A DNA stretch of 63,959 bases, filler included, from Chthonomonadaceae bacterium (GCA_035650735.1; 7 parts of 7 records of this genome joined end to end with filler, not necessarily neighbours in it); one strand, 5' to 3'. Positions 1 through 10,062 are shown, counted from the first letter of the whole stretch. Notes: generated by a model from the sequence alone, not told the origin. Numbers and translations are program-made.

Positions 1-94
1 TGCTCAACGACAGAAGCCTCCTCACTTGCTGATCTGTGACCATTCCAGTCTCCTTGCGATGGACTGGAACAAGTCTATTCGCTGCAAGCCAGCG

Positions 95-140
95 GGAGTT
101 CTAATTGTCGTTTGGGCGGAAATCTATTTGTCGTTATTCA
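95..140 (+). mobile_element. IS21-family right end (terminal repeat region)
   Basis: GGGAGTTCTAATTGTCG...TATTTGTCGTTATTCA closely matches the end at 22210-22256, which follows an IstB-like C-terminus. It ends in CA with an internally repeated TTGTCG, as in IS21 ends. Confidence 0.55.
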
Positions 141-521
141 CCCTTGAGTGTAATCCGGCTTAAAGCGCAGGCGCGCACGCGCTGCGCCGCCATGTGAGCG
201 GGCAAACGGCACACTGAACCTGCTTGTCTCCTTAGCTCCATAACGAGCAATAAAAAACGAGACTTTCGGTCATGCCCTTTTGTTGGTGGGATGCATGACC
301 GAAAGTCTCGCATTTTCATTGGCAGACCGGAGGCTTGCGGCCTCGTCCTGACGATCTGCCAATCCGCCACAGCGGATTGCTACTCCCTTTCGCTCACTTC
401 TTCGTATGTTCTGTTGTACGGGTCGCCGCTTTAAGAGGTTCCTCAAATTGCGGCGTCAAGCGTTTAGAGGGTGTTATGCCCTTTTTGCCTGCTTCGAGAG
501 AGGACTTGGAGGCTGATGACC

Positions 522-553
522 GCTTGGTGCTCGCTTTCTAGCGAGCACCAAGC
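522..553. terminator. 14-bp perfect hairpin downstream of the PPC gene (terminator or REP)
   Basis: GCTTGGTGCTCGCT-ttct-AGCGAGCACCAAGC; no strong U tract. Confidence 0.45.
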
Positions 554-626
554 CTCTAATGAGCGGCTGGCCTATCTCCTCAAGAGGACCCAAGTGCATC
601 ACACGTTCTAGAGCCGAGACGTGCCG

Positions 627-2789
627 CTACTTCTTTTCCGGGGGCGCCACCGTCAGCGAGATCGGCGGGGCCGCATACCAGACCTTCATGACGAAGTTGA
701 TGCTGACGTTGCCGAGAACGGCAAGGGGCAGGTCTTTGATGGGCTTGGCGTCCGAGGCAGCGCGCAGGGTGATGTAGCCCTTCGTCTCGTTGTCGCCGAG
801 CAGCGTCTTGCTGGCGCCGTCGTCCACCGTGACGCCGGGGGGCAGCGGGTCGGCGAAGACGCCGCCGAGGTGCTGAATCTTAACGTCGAGCGTGACGGGC
901 TTGGTGTAGTCGGGACGGCGCTTGATCGTGACCTCAATTTTGGCCGTGCCGCCGGGGTTGAGCGTGACCTGCTGCGTGCTGGCGGAGACCTCAATATCGT
1001 TTTGCTCGGTGACGGCCACGCCCTGCGTCTCCACCGGAAACAGTCCACGCCCGCCGCCGGGCAGATAGATCTCGGTCAGCGGGGCCGCGACGTGCGTGAC
1101 GGGCGCGAGCTTGCCGTCCGGACCGGGGAGCTGCCCGGTTCCGAGCACCTGGACCGTTGCGGCGTCTATTTTGGCGTCGGGCGCGGCGGAGAGGATAATG
1201 ACTCCTTGCGAGACTTCGGGCGGGATGGTCAGGGGCGTGGCGGCGACTCCGGGAGGCAGCCCCTTCACCTCCACCGTGACCGGCCCGGCGAAATCGTGCT
1301 TGCGATCCAGCAGGATATACCAGCTTGTCCGGTTGCCGGGGGCGATCATGGCGCGGTCGGTATCGCAGCGCAGGGAGAAATCCGGCTGGATGTGCTGGGC
1401 GGAGAGGTTATAGAAGTAGGTAGGGCCGGCGTGCCCGGCCAGGTCGCGCACCTCGAGGGTGTAGTCGCCCTCGGCGGGCGCTTTCCACTCCAGGCGGGAG
1501 TCTTTGCCGATGGCATCATCGTTGGAGGCGAGGACGCCGCCTTTGGAGTCGCGGATTTTGATCTCCGAATCCATCTCCGAGTTGAGGCGGCGCGCGGTGA
1601 CCTCAAAGGCCCAGTTCTCGCCCTCTTTGGCGTGGAAGGTGTAGCGATCTATCTCGCCCGCGGAGGCCAGCCAGGAGCTAACGCCGCCGGGCAGGGAGAG
1701 ACGGGCGGCGGGCGCGGGGGCCGCGCTCGATAGGGCTGCCGTGACCGTCTTGTTGCCCGACGAGGCCGGTTTATCGTAGATGGCAACCTGCGGCACGTCG
1801 GAGACAAGCAGGGGAACGGTATTGGACAGGCCGTTGGGGAACTTAAGCTGCGTCTCCCAGAGGCCGGGCGGCGTACTCGGCGGCACATCCAGATGGACGA
1901 TCTGGGTTCCGCCCAGGTTGAAGCCGGTGACGTGCAGCTCGTTACTCTGGCCGGGACGGACGGCGCAGGGAACGACCGCGGTGACGTAGGGTCGGGTCGT
2001 CATGGTCAGACGGTAGACCCAGTTCGAGTTGCCGTGATAGCTGACGTCACGCACCTCCAGCAGATATTCGCCCGTTTTGTCGAATTTGTAATGGAGCAGT
2101 GGGTCGGCGCGGTAGTAGTCGTCGTTGCGGGCCAACTCATTGCCGCTCAGGTCGCGGAGGGTTATCACCGGGTCGGCGTGATCCTGGAGGTCGTGAACTT
2201 TGTCCTCCAGGCGGGCGCACAGCGCGGTAAAGACGACCTCCTGCCCGGCTTCGGCCTTAAACTTGTAGTCGTCTATGTCCTCGCCTTGCTGCAAGCGCCC
2301 GTTGACTACGCAAGGCAGCGTGACGGATTGGGCATGGGCGATATCGTTGTTCGGCTCGGTTTCCACTACCTCCGGCTCGTCCCCGATGACCAGTTGGCCG
2401 ACGGTGGAGATACCCATGCGCGGCGTTGCCAGGCGGAACTCGCGCACGCCGAGGCGGGCGTCCGGGGCGACGGTGACGCGCAGCTTCACTTCGCCGACGC
2501 CGGGCAGGTCCCAGGGCTTTTTGGGGTCTTTGGCCGGCCAGCCCTTCTCCGGGGGCACGATCTCGGCCTTGACGCCCTCCCCTGCAAACAGGGCCTTGTA
2601 CGCGCCGTAGAGATTGGCGCCGCCGTTGCCGGCGGCGTAGACGGTCACCTCCGTCGTCTTGCCACGCGGCACGCCCGCCGGGAAGACACTGCCCAGCATG
2701 GGGAAGGAGGTCTGCGCGCTGGCGGACCCGGCGACGAGGAGGGCGCACAGGAGAGCCAATCCTAAAGAAAGAGAGCGCTGTGTTCGCAT
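627..2789 (-). CDS. Secreted PPC (pre-peptidase C-terminal) domain protein, Planctomycete-type
   Basis: 720 aa with a signal peptide; ETEPNN, GEDIDDYKF, ELARNDD and GEIDRYTF...LASNDD repeats typical of PPC domains; last gene of the DUF1553/DUF1501 cluster. Confidence 0.85.
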   Translation of the reverse strand: MRTQRSLSLGLALLCALLVAGSASAQTSFPMLGSVFPAGVPRGKTTEVTVYAAGNGGANLYGAYKALFAGEGVKAEIVPPEKGWPAKDPKKPWDLPGVGEVKLRVTVAPDARLGVREFRLATPRMGISTVGQLVIGDEPEVVETEPNNDIAHAQSVTLPCVVNGRLQQGEDIDDYKFKAEAGQEVVFTALCARLEDKVHDLQDHADPVITLRDLSGNELARNDDYYRADPLLHYKFDKTGEYLLEVRDVSYHGNSNWVYRLTMTTRPYVTAVVPCAVRPGQSNELHVTGFNLGGTQIVHLDVPPSTPPGLWETQLKFPNGLSNTVPLLVSDVPQVAIYDKPASSGNKTVTAALSSAAPAPAARLSLPGGVSSWLASAGEIDRYTFHAKEGENWAFEVTARRLNSEMDSEIKIRDSKGGVLASNDDAIGKDSRLEWKAPAEGDYTLEVRDLAGHAGPTYFYNLSAQHIQPDFSLRCDTDRAMIAPGNRTSWYILLDRKHDFAGPVTVEVKGLPPGVAATPLTIPPEVSQGVIILSAAPDAKIDAATVQVLGTGQLPGPDGKLAPVTHVAAPLTEIYLPGGGRGLFPVETQGVAVTEQNDIEVSASTQQVTLNPGGTAKIEVTIKRRPDYTKPVTLDVKIQHLGGVFADPLPPGVTVDDGASKTLLGDNETKGYITLRAASDAKPIKDLPLAVLGNVSINFVMKVWYAAPPISLTVAPPEKK

Positions 2790-2880
2790 AGGCGATGATG
2801 TACCTCTTGCCTCTGTCCGTTCCGGCCCCTTACCTAATCCATCGGGACGTGTCGGGAGGGAGCGGAGGAGGCCGGTGCGT

Positions 2881-4668
2881 TTATTTGGCTGGTCTGGCGG
2901 GCGGCGCGGAGGCAGCCTGCGGCGTTTTGTTGGCGGCGGGGGCCGGCGCAGGCGATTTCGTGGGCGATTTCGCAGGCGGTTCCGGCAGTTTGGCCGGCTC
3001 CAGCGTGGCGCCCTGCCAGGATTTTAACACGTTTGCCGGCTGGTGTAAAGTGGGAAGGAAGTCCACGACGCGCGGCGCGGTGACGGGCTTCCCGGCAAGC
3101 AGCGGGCGCAGGCGCGCGGCCCAGGCGGGCGAGGCGTCGTAGTAGCCTTCGGGCGTGATGGCGGCCCATTCCGGCGCGGGGGATTTCCCGGCGGGCGGCC
3201 AGGCCAACAGGGAAAGGCGCAGGCGTCCCGTGGCGGCCTCCCAGAGGCGGGTAATGCCGTCGCCGCCCGCGCCCGCCACCCATTTGCCGTCCGGGCTGAT
3301 GGCGACCGTATAGAGCCAATCGCCAGCGCCTTCCAGGGCGCGCTGCTCGCCGCCGTTGCCCGCATCCCACAGCCGCACGGTGCGGTCGGCGGAGGCGGAG
3401 GCCAGGAACTTGCCGTCCTTGCTGAAGACGATCTCGTTGACAGCCTCCTGGTGGCCGCCCGAATTGCGGGTCGTGTCGCCGCTCTCCGGGTTCCACCAGC
3501 GCAGGTTCGGCTCTGTCCCGGAGGAGACAAGGTTCTTTCCGTCCGGGCTGAGGGCCAGCGCGAGGACGCCCTCATTATGGCCGCTAAAGGTGCGGATAAC
3601 CTGGCCGGTATTCAGGTCGTAGCGGCGCACGTTATGATCCAGGCTGGCGGTATAGAGCGATTTGCCGTCGGGAGCGAAGCAGACGCGGGTGACGGGATCG
3701 GCGGCGTCCCGGAAGGCTTTGCTCTCTTTGCCGGAGGGCCATTCCCAGACGCGGGCGCTCTTGTCGTGGCTGGCCGTAGCCAGGCGCGCACCGTCGGGGC
3801 TCCAGGCGACGCTGTAGACCACATCGGCATGGCCGGTCAGGGCGGGGCCGACGGGACGGAGGGTCTTCGCGTCGTAGACGCGCACCTCCCCGGCGAGGGC
3901 GGGGAAGCCTCCCGCGACGGCCAGCAGCGTTCCATCGGGCCGGAAGGCAAGCGATTCCACCGGACCCGGCAGGCGCGTCAGCCAGGCGGCAGGCTTGCCG
4001 GTCGTCGTGTCCCAGAAGAGGACCGAGCGGTAGCTGCCAACGGCCAGCCGTTTGCCGTCCGGGCTAAAGGCCAGCGCCGTGACCTTTGCCAGCGGCCCGA
4101 CTTTGAGGGCGAAAGCCAGCGCGGCGTCTTTAGGCGTGTCTTTCTGGATCAGGTCGGGCGTCGGCTTGATGTGGGTGGCGAGGCGGACCTCCAGCTCGCC
4201 GAGATTGGCGGGCATCGGCAGCGCCGCCAGAGACGGCTGGCCCGCAGGAGTCTCCTTCTCCAGCGCGCCTGCGGGGGCGCCAGCGTCTATCCACCGCTTG
4301 AAGAGATTGATCTGTGCGGGCGGGAGCGGCGGGCCGCCTTTGGGCATCATGCGGGTCGGGCTGGTCGCCATGAGCCGCTTTATCAGCTCGCTTGCGTCGC
4401 TCTTGCTCGGCGCCAGGATAGGACGCGCGCCGGTTTTGGTGAGGACGCCTTTGCGCAGCGCGGCATACGAGTCGAGCGCCAGCCCGCCGGACGCCATCAC
4501 GTTGCTCACCATAGATTGGTTGTGGCAGACGACGCAGCGGGCCTTGAGGAGGGGCCGAATGTCACGCGCATAGGTCGGGGCGTTCGCGGCAGGCTTCTGC
4601 CCGAAGGTTGCGACTGCCACGCAGAGGAGAATACCGGATAAGAGCAGGAAAAGAGGCCGAAATTTCAC
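2881..4668 (-). CDS. Planctomycete cytochrome c domain + WD40 beta-propeller protein
   Basis: Signal peptide; YARDIRPLLKARCVVCH heme motif, GGLAL...MP...WIDAGA; repeated GH...WD-type units. Confidence 0.9.
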   Translation of the reverse strand: MKFRPLFLLLSGILLCVAVATFGQKPAANAPTYARDIRPLLKARCVVCHNQSMVSNVMASGGLALDSYAALRKGVLTKTGARPILAPSKSDASELIKRLMATSPTRMMPKGGPPLPPAQINLFKRWIDAGAPAGALEKETPAGQPSLAALPMPANLGELEVRLATHIKPTPDLIQKDTPKDAALAFALKVGPLAKVTALAFSPDGKRLAVGSYRSVLFWDTTTGKPAAWLTRLPGPVESLAFRPDGTLLAVAGGFPALAGEVRVYDAKTLRPVGPALTGHADVVYSVAWSPDGARLATASHDKSARVWEWPSGKESKAFRDAADPVTRVCFAPDGKSLYTASLDHNVRRYDLNTGQVIRTFSGHNEGVLALALSPDGKNLVSSGTEPNLRWWNPESGDTTRNSGGHQEAVNEIVFSKDGKFLASASADRTVRLWDAGNGGEQRALEGAGDWLYTVAISPDGKWVAGAGGDGITRLWEAATGRLRLSLLAWPPAGKSPAPEWAAITPEGYYDASPAWAARLRPLLAGKPVTAPRVVDFLPTLHQPANVLKSWQGATLEPAKLPEPPAKSPTKSPAPAPAANKTPQAASAPPARPAK

Positions 4669-4691
4669 TGATACTTTCCTTGAGCGGCGCT

Positions 4692-4892
4692 GCCCGGCCC
4701 TAAAGGACCGGGATGTGAGCGGCCAGCCCCGGGAACGGGGCTGCGCCGAGTGGGCCGGTTCCTGCCAGAGGCAAAGGCATCCAAGCGCCCCGCTGGAGAA
4801 CTTCCTTCAAGGGACTAACTAACCTCTGGCAGCCCGCTTGAGCGGGCTTTCCGTCGGCAGCCCGGTCCTTTAGGGCCGGGCTGCCAGAGGTT
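4692..4892. repeat. REP/REPIN-like intergenic element bounded by inverted copies of a CCCGGTCCTTTAGGGCCGGG hairpin
   Basis: 4692-4712 is the reverse complement of 4861-4881; a diverged second copy lies on the opposite strand at about 18291-18630. Confidence 0.75.
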
Positions 4893-4947
4893 CCCGGCAC
4901 CCTCTTAAGAAGAGGGGCCGGGGTAAGAGCCTTAACCGGGGGTTAGG

Positions 4948-6291
4948 TCACAGCAGTTCGCCGATGGGCGTGCCGTCGTAGTTGATCTTAAGCGGGCGAT
5001 CCTCCGGCGAGATGTACTCCTTCTCGTAGTTGATGCCTACCGTCTTGTAGATGGTCGCCGCGACGTCCTCAACACGGATGGGGCGGTCCTTAGGATACTC
5101 GGCGCGCTCGTTGGAGCTGCCGACGACCATGCCGGTCTTGACACCGCCGCCGCCCATGCAGACGCTGATGGCGCCGGGCCAGTGGTCGCGCCCCGCCGAG
5201 GAATTGACGCGCGGGGTGCGCCCGAATTCGCCCATCCACACGACGAGGGTGGTGTCCAGCATTCCGCGCTGGTGCAGGTCTTTCAGGAGGGCAGAGTAGC
5301 CGCCATCCAGCGGCGGGAGCAGGCCGTCCTTGAGGGCGTTGAAGTTGTTCTCATGGGTGTCCCAGCCGCCGTAGTGGATGGCGACGCAGCGCACGCCCGC
5401 CTCCACCAGCCGCCGCGCCAGCAGGCAGGACTGGCCGAAGTAGTTGCGCCCGTACTCGTCGCGCAGCTTGTCCGGCTCTTCGCTCAGGTTGAAGGCTTTC
5501 TTGGCAGCCGGCGAGGTGACGAGGCTGTAGGCGCGGGCATAGAACGCATCCATCGTCTGCGCGGCTTTGCTGGCCGTCTCCTTGTTGCGCTGCCAATCAT
5601 CCAGGGCCGCGCGCAGCAGGCGGCGGCGATCCATGCGGATCGTGTCCACGCCGGGCGGGGGCGAAACATCCTGAACGCTGAAGTCCTTGTTGTTGGGGTC
5701 CCCGTTAATCAGGAACGGATTGTAGACCGCGCCCATATAGCCGCCGGTGCCGTGCGCGAAGGGCAGCCCGCCCATCAGGATATAGGGGGGCATGTTGTTC
5801 TGAAATCCCTTTTCGCGGGCGATGACGGCGCCGTAGGATGGATATTCCACGGAGGGATTGAACGGATAGCCGGTGAGCAGGTAGTGCGTGGCCGTCTCGT
5901 GGGAGCCATCCGGCGACGTGACCGAGCGCAGAATGGAGAACTTATCCATCTGCTTGGCCAGCTTGGGCAGGTGCTCGCTGATCTGGATGCCGGACACGTT
6001 GGTCGGAATGGCCTTGAAGGCGCCGCGTATCTCCTGCGGGGCGTCCGGTTTCGGGTCGAAGGTATCAATGTGGCTGGGCCCGCCGCCCATCCAGAGCAGG
6101 ATGATAGAGACATCCCGCCTGGCTCCCGGGGCCTGTTTGCCGGGGGCGCCTTTGGGCGCGGCGGCGCGGGCCTGGGCCTCCAGCAGGCCGGAGAGCGTGA
6201 TGCCGAAGGCTGCCAAAGAGCCGACGCGGATGAAGTCGCGCCGGGTGATGCCGTCACAATCTTTGTATTTGCCTAGCTCAATCTCGAACAT
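4948..6291 (-). CDS. DUF1501 domain protein (Tat signal)
   Basis: TRRDFI twin-arginine motif; GGPSHIDTFDPKP, GGWDTH, GEFGRTP and GRDHW motifs. Confidence 0.92.
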   Translation of the reverse strand: MFEIELGKYKDCDGITRRDFIRVGSLAAFGITLSGLLEAQARAAAPKGAPGKQAPGARRDVSIILLWMGGGPSHIDTFDPKPDAPQEIRGAFKAIPTNVSGIQISEHLPKLAKQMDKFSILRSVTSPDGSHETATHYLLTGYPFNPSVEYPSYGAVIAREKGFQNNMPPYILMGGLPFAHGTGGYMGAVYNPFLINGDPNNKDFSVQDVSPPPGVDTIRMDRRRLLRAALDDWQRNKETASKAAQTMDAFYARAYSLVTSPAAKKAFNLSEEPDKLRDEYGRNYFGQSCLLARRLVEAGVRCVAIHYGGWDTHENNFNALKDGLLPPLDGGYSALLKDLHQRGMLDTTLVVWMGEFGRTPRVNSSAGRDHWPGAISVCMGGGGVKTGMVVGSSNERAEYPKDRPIRVEDVAATIYKTVGINYEKEYISPEDRPLKINYDGTPIGELL

Positions 6292-6393
6292 GGGTTTCTC
6301 CCTTACCAGACACCGCCATCTATGATGAGATGGAAACCGCGTTACCAGGAATTATCTACAGAGAAGCGGGCCGCGAAATAGGGCTTGGCACTC

Positions 6394-6768
6394 CTATTGA
6401 GTTAGCAGTTCGTCCCAGTTAGAGACATCGAGAATCCGTGCGGTCAACTGCTCCAGCCGTTCGACCGAAGTTATGGACTCGATGGCACGGCGTATTCGCG
6501 CGTCCGCCGCGCCAAAGCGCTTGTCACCCATCAGCAGCAGTAGCCGCCGGGCTTCGTCCGCGCGTCCCTGTGCTGCACCTTCCTCAAGGATCGCTTGATA
6601 AGTCGTCGACTCTTTCATATTTCTTACTCCCCGCAGCAGTTGGGCAGCCAGCGCTGGAGGATAACGCAACCCCATCAGGATATATGTAGACGCCCACAGG
6701 ATGGCAGCCTGTGCCGGTTCCATCTCCTTATCGAGGCGCTCTTCCATCCGCCTTATGACACCGGGCAA
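6394..6768 (-). pseudogene. C-terminal fragment of an Rpn/DUF4351-like putative transposase protein
   Basis: YILMGLRY...MKESTTYQAILEEG...RFG...LEQL...W tail is typical of Rpn-like proteins. The N-terminal nuclease part is absent and there is no room for it before 6834. Confidence 0.65.
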
Positions 6769-6833
6769 CGCTTTCCGGGAGAGACCAATTCTTTAAGTGT
6801 CGCATCAAAGGGTTTGGACATCCGCCTGCCAAA

Positions 6834-9479
6834 TCAGTGATTGAACAGGAACTCCTTGCTGTTGAGCAGGGTGAGCAGGACATCCTCAAAAACCGGCTTG
6901 CGGTCCGGCGAGAAGGCCAGAACGCCGAGCACCTGGTAGCGCTCCCTGGGACGGGGCGGACGGCCTAGCGTGACCATATAAAGCTCGTTCAGGATAGCAT
7001 CGTCGGACTTTTGGGCGGCGAGCAGTTTGGGAATGCGTCCTTCGCCCTCATCTACCTTGCGGTTGATCTGTTCGCCGTTCATCAGGCGCAGCGTTTGCGA
7101 TAGGTTGGGCTCGGCAGTGCGCTCGCACTCGCAGGCGATGAGCCGCTGCGGGCGCCCGAAGGTATCCAGAAAGTCGGAATTGACAGCCGGGTCGGGCAAC
7201 TGAATGGCGCGCGTGCCTTTGGGCAGCTCCGGGAACTTCTCCTGGGTGCCGCAGGCGAAGTTTATGGCGTCGAGCAGCGTCTCGGCGGGCAGGCGCTTGG
7301 GAATATAGTGCGTGAAGAAGAGCTCGTCCTTGACGTTTTCCGGCGTCGCCTGGGAGCTGCGCTGATAGGTCTTGGACAGGCAGATGACGCGCAGCAGGTG
7401 CTTTAAATCGTAGTTGCTGCGAATAAGCTCATCGGCCAGGGCGTCGAGCAGCTCGGGGTTGGTCGGCGGATTGGTAACGCGCTGGTCGTCAATCGGGTTG
7501 ACGATGCCTTTGCCGAACAGATAGCCCCAATAGCGGTTGGCGAGGTTTCTGGCGAACAGGCGATTGTTCTTGCTGGTGAGCCAGTCGGCCAGAAGGCGGC
7601 GGCGGTCGCCACCAGCGTCGGGGTCGGGGGCTTTGCCGCCCGGCAGAGAGGCCAACTGTACGCCAAGCGGAGTTGGGCGCATGACCTGGCCGGTCTTGGG
7701 GTGGGTCACTTCCCCGCCGTCGTTGATGCGGACGACCTGCTCATTGCCGAAGATGCCGAACTCGTCGCTGCCCTTGAGGCCGACGCGGGCAAAGAAGGCG
7801 GCGAACTCATAGTAGTCGGTCTGGCTCCACTTCTCGAACGGGTGATGGTGGCAGCGGGCGCACTGCATGCGCACGCCCAGAAAGACCTGGCTGGTCGTCT
7901 CTGCGAGATCCTGCGGACTGGTAACGACCCGGTAGTAGTTGCTCGGGCCGTTGGTGAAGGTGCTGCCCTGGGATAGTAGGAGATCCCGCACAAACTCGTC
8001 GGCATGGCGGTTCTGGGCAAATTGGGCGTGAATCCAGTTGGAGAAGCTCCACATGCCCTTCGGGCCGAGGCTGTTGCGGTTACAGCGCAGCAGGTCGCCC
8101 CATTTGAGCGCCCAGTAGTCGGCGTATTCCGGGCGGGCCAGCAGCGCGTCCACGAGTTTAGCGCGCTTGTTGGGCGACTTATCGGCCAGAAACGCCTTGA
8201 TCTCCGCCGGCCGGGGCGGCGTGCCGATCAGATCAAAGGAGACGCGGCGGATAAAGGTGGCGTCGTCGCAGAGGGGCGAGGGAACCAACCCTAGCTGCCG
8301 CTGCTTTTTGGCGACGAGTGCATCAATGAAGCCCTCGCTCCCGGCTCCCTCTGGCCCGCTTCCCATCTCTCGCCCGTTTCGAAGCGTGGGGCGCTGCTGG
8401 GCAAGGGCTTGAGAGCTATGGAACGGGACGATGATGGTGGCGACGGTGGCCTGCCCTCCGTAGCGCACCATGATCGCGGTCTGGCCTTTGCCCACCGGGG
8501 TGATGACGCCTTCGGGCGTGCAGGCGGCGATGGCCTCATTCAGAGAGTTGATGCGGGCGTGTGCGGTTACGTCGCGGGTCGTGCCGTCGCTATAGGTAGC
8601 GCGGACCACCAGCCGCTGCGACCCCTGGCTCTTCTGCATAATGCGCTCGGCGGGGAAGATCTCTACCTTTGTCACCTGAGGGTCAGAGGGAGTGGGGCCG
8701 GGCGCGCCGTCTTTGAGCCAGCGCAGCAGCGTGCTGTAGTCGGGCGAGCCGGGCTCCAGCCGCCGCCCGCCGCCGTGCGGCACGGACATGGTGGGCTTGA
8801 GCAGCAGCAGGCTGCGCGCGGGATCGGCGAAGGCGACGCGGCGCCCTCGGGCCTGCTTGACGATATTCTGGTAGTCCAGGTCGGGGTCGAACCCGGCCAG
8901 GGAAAGCTTGAACCCGCCCTTGCCGTACTGGGCGCCGTGACAGGCGCCCTGATTGCAGCCGGCGCGCGTCAGGATGGGGACGACCTCCAGGCTGAAATCA
9001 ATGGGCGCAGGCTTCATTGCATCCTTGATGACGACTCTGGCCGTCGCCGTGCGCCCGCCGTAGCGGCACTGGACGGCGGTGACGCCGTCTTTGAGGGGGC
9101 GGAGCGTGCCGTCGCGCTCGATGCGGAGCAGGGCCGGCTTTGCGGCGGTCCAGGCCGCTTTGTCCGTCACGTCCAGCAGCGCGCCGTCCGACTGGCGAGC
9201 GGTAGCGAGCAGATGCCCGACCGCGCGCGGCCCGAGCAGTTGCACGGAGGCCGGTTCCACGCTGAGGCCCGAAACGGAGACTGCTGTCTGAGAAGCCGAA
9301 GGCTTCAGAGGATGCGGCGCTGCTTCCGAATGCCGGCTGGCTTTGGGAAGGCGTGACAGGGGGACCGGGCGATGGGGCGGGGATTGCGCCCAGGAGAGAG
9401 CACTGCCGGATAGAACGATCAAGACAGCCGCCGACGCGAGGACTCCTGCGGCGGAAAGAATGCGCCAGGAACGCACCAT
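6834..9479 (-). CDS. DUF1549/DUF1553 domain protein with Ig-like domains
   Basis: GGAGG RBS before ATG 9479; signal peptide; GCNQGACHG, FIRRVSFDLIG, CARCHHHPFEKW, NRYWGYLFGKG and SKEFLFNH motifs. Confidence 0.92.
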   Translation of the reverse strand: MVRSWRILSAAGVLASAAVLIVLSGSALSWAQSPPHRPVPLSRLPKASRHSEAAPHPLKPSASQTAVSVSGLSVEPASVQLLGPRAVGHLLATARQSDGALLDVTDKAAWTAAKPALLRIERDGTLRPLKDGVTAVQCRYGGRTATARVVIKDAMKPAPIDFSLEVVPILTRAGCNQGACHGAQYGKGGFKLSLAGFDPDLDYQNIVKQARGRRVAFADPARSLLLLKPTMSVPHGGGRRLEPGSPDYSTLLRWLKDGAPGPTPSDPQVTKVEIFPAERIMQKSQGSQRLVVRATYSDGTTRDVTAHARINSLNEAIAACTPEGVITPVGKGQTAIMVRYGGQATVATIIVPFHSSQALAQQRPTLRNGREMGSGPEGAGSEGFIDALVAKKQRQLGLVPSPLCDDATFIRRVSFDLIGTPPRPAEIKAFLADKSPNKRAKLVDALLARPEYADYWALKWGDLLRCNRNSLGPKGMWSFSNWIHAQFAQNRHADEFVRDLLLSQGSTFTNGPSNYYRVVTSPQDLAETTSQVFLGVRMQCARCHHHPFEKWSQTDYYEFAAFFARVGLKGSDEFGIFGNEQVVRINDGGEVTHPKTGQVMRPTPLGVQLASLPGGKAPDPDAGGDRRRLLADWLTSKNNRLFARNLANRYWGYLFGKGIVNPIDDQRVTNPPTNPELLDALADELIRSNYDLKHLLRVICLSKTYQRSSQATPENVKDELFFTHYIPKRLPAETLLDAINFACGTQEKFPELPKGTRAIQLPDPAVNSDFLDTFGRPQRLIACECERTAEPNLSQTLRLMNGEQINRKVDEGEGRIPKLLAAQKSDDAILNELYMVTLGRPPRPRERYQVLGVLAFSPDRKPVFEDVLLTLLNSKEFLFNH

Positions 9480-9669
9480 AGCCTGTTCCTCCGGGGGCCG
9501 AGGCGGGAACGTGCCACAAGGCGGCTTGCGGCAATGCAGCAAGCCGTTCCGTTGGTCAGAAGCGCAAACGTACCGCGCCTTGCTCCATTATACGCCAATG
9601 TGACATCCTAATCAAGGAAATGTTGCAAGAAATAACACGGGATTTCTTCCGGCGCCAGACTCCTTCTGG

Positions 9670-10062
9670 CCCCCACCCCCAACCCACTGCAAGGGTCGGC
9701 AGGGTTACGGCCCCTGCCTCCGCCTGGCGATCCCCAAAAACAGGGGAGGGAAGAGCAGAAGCCAGCATTATCTCTGCCCGCGTAGGTGTCGCCAGGCGGA
9801 GCGCTGTCGCAAGGCGGAGGCAAGGGCCTCGCAAGGCAGAAGGCCCAACCATGGCAGGCCCGCTCCTGGCAGCACCTTGCCGACCCGAGCAGTGGGGCGA
9901 ACTATTGCAGCGCCGACCCTTGCAGTCCGTTGCAGGCCCGACCCTGGCAGTCAGCGGGCCTGGCTAGGCGGAGATCGCCAGGCAGAGCCGCGAACCGTTG
10001 AGCGGCGTCCCTGGCAGTCGAGCGAGCGCAGCGCCGCCCCTGGCAGCGCCCCACAGCGGCAG
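9670..10062. repeat. Cluster of REP-like modules including a 45-bp hairpin mini-element (9686-9730)
   Basis: Modules TCGCCAGGCGGAGG, GCCGACCCTTGCAGT and GCCCGACCCTGGCAGT recur at 18321-18466, 35509-35624 and 61055-61306. The contig ends inside the cluster. Confidence 0.85.

Noticed and set aside
9556..10062. Short ORFs over REP clusters (also 18181-18656, 31558-31974, 35116-35810)
   Set aside because: Translations of palindromic repeats without RBS or domain signal.
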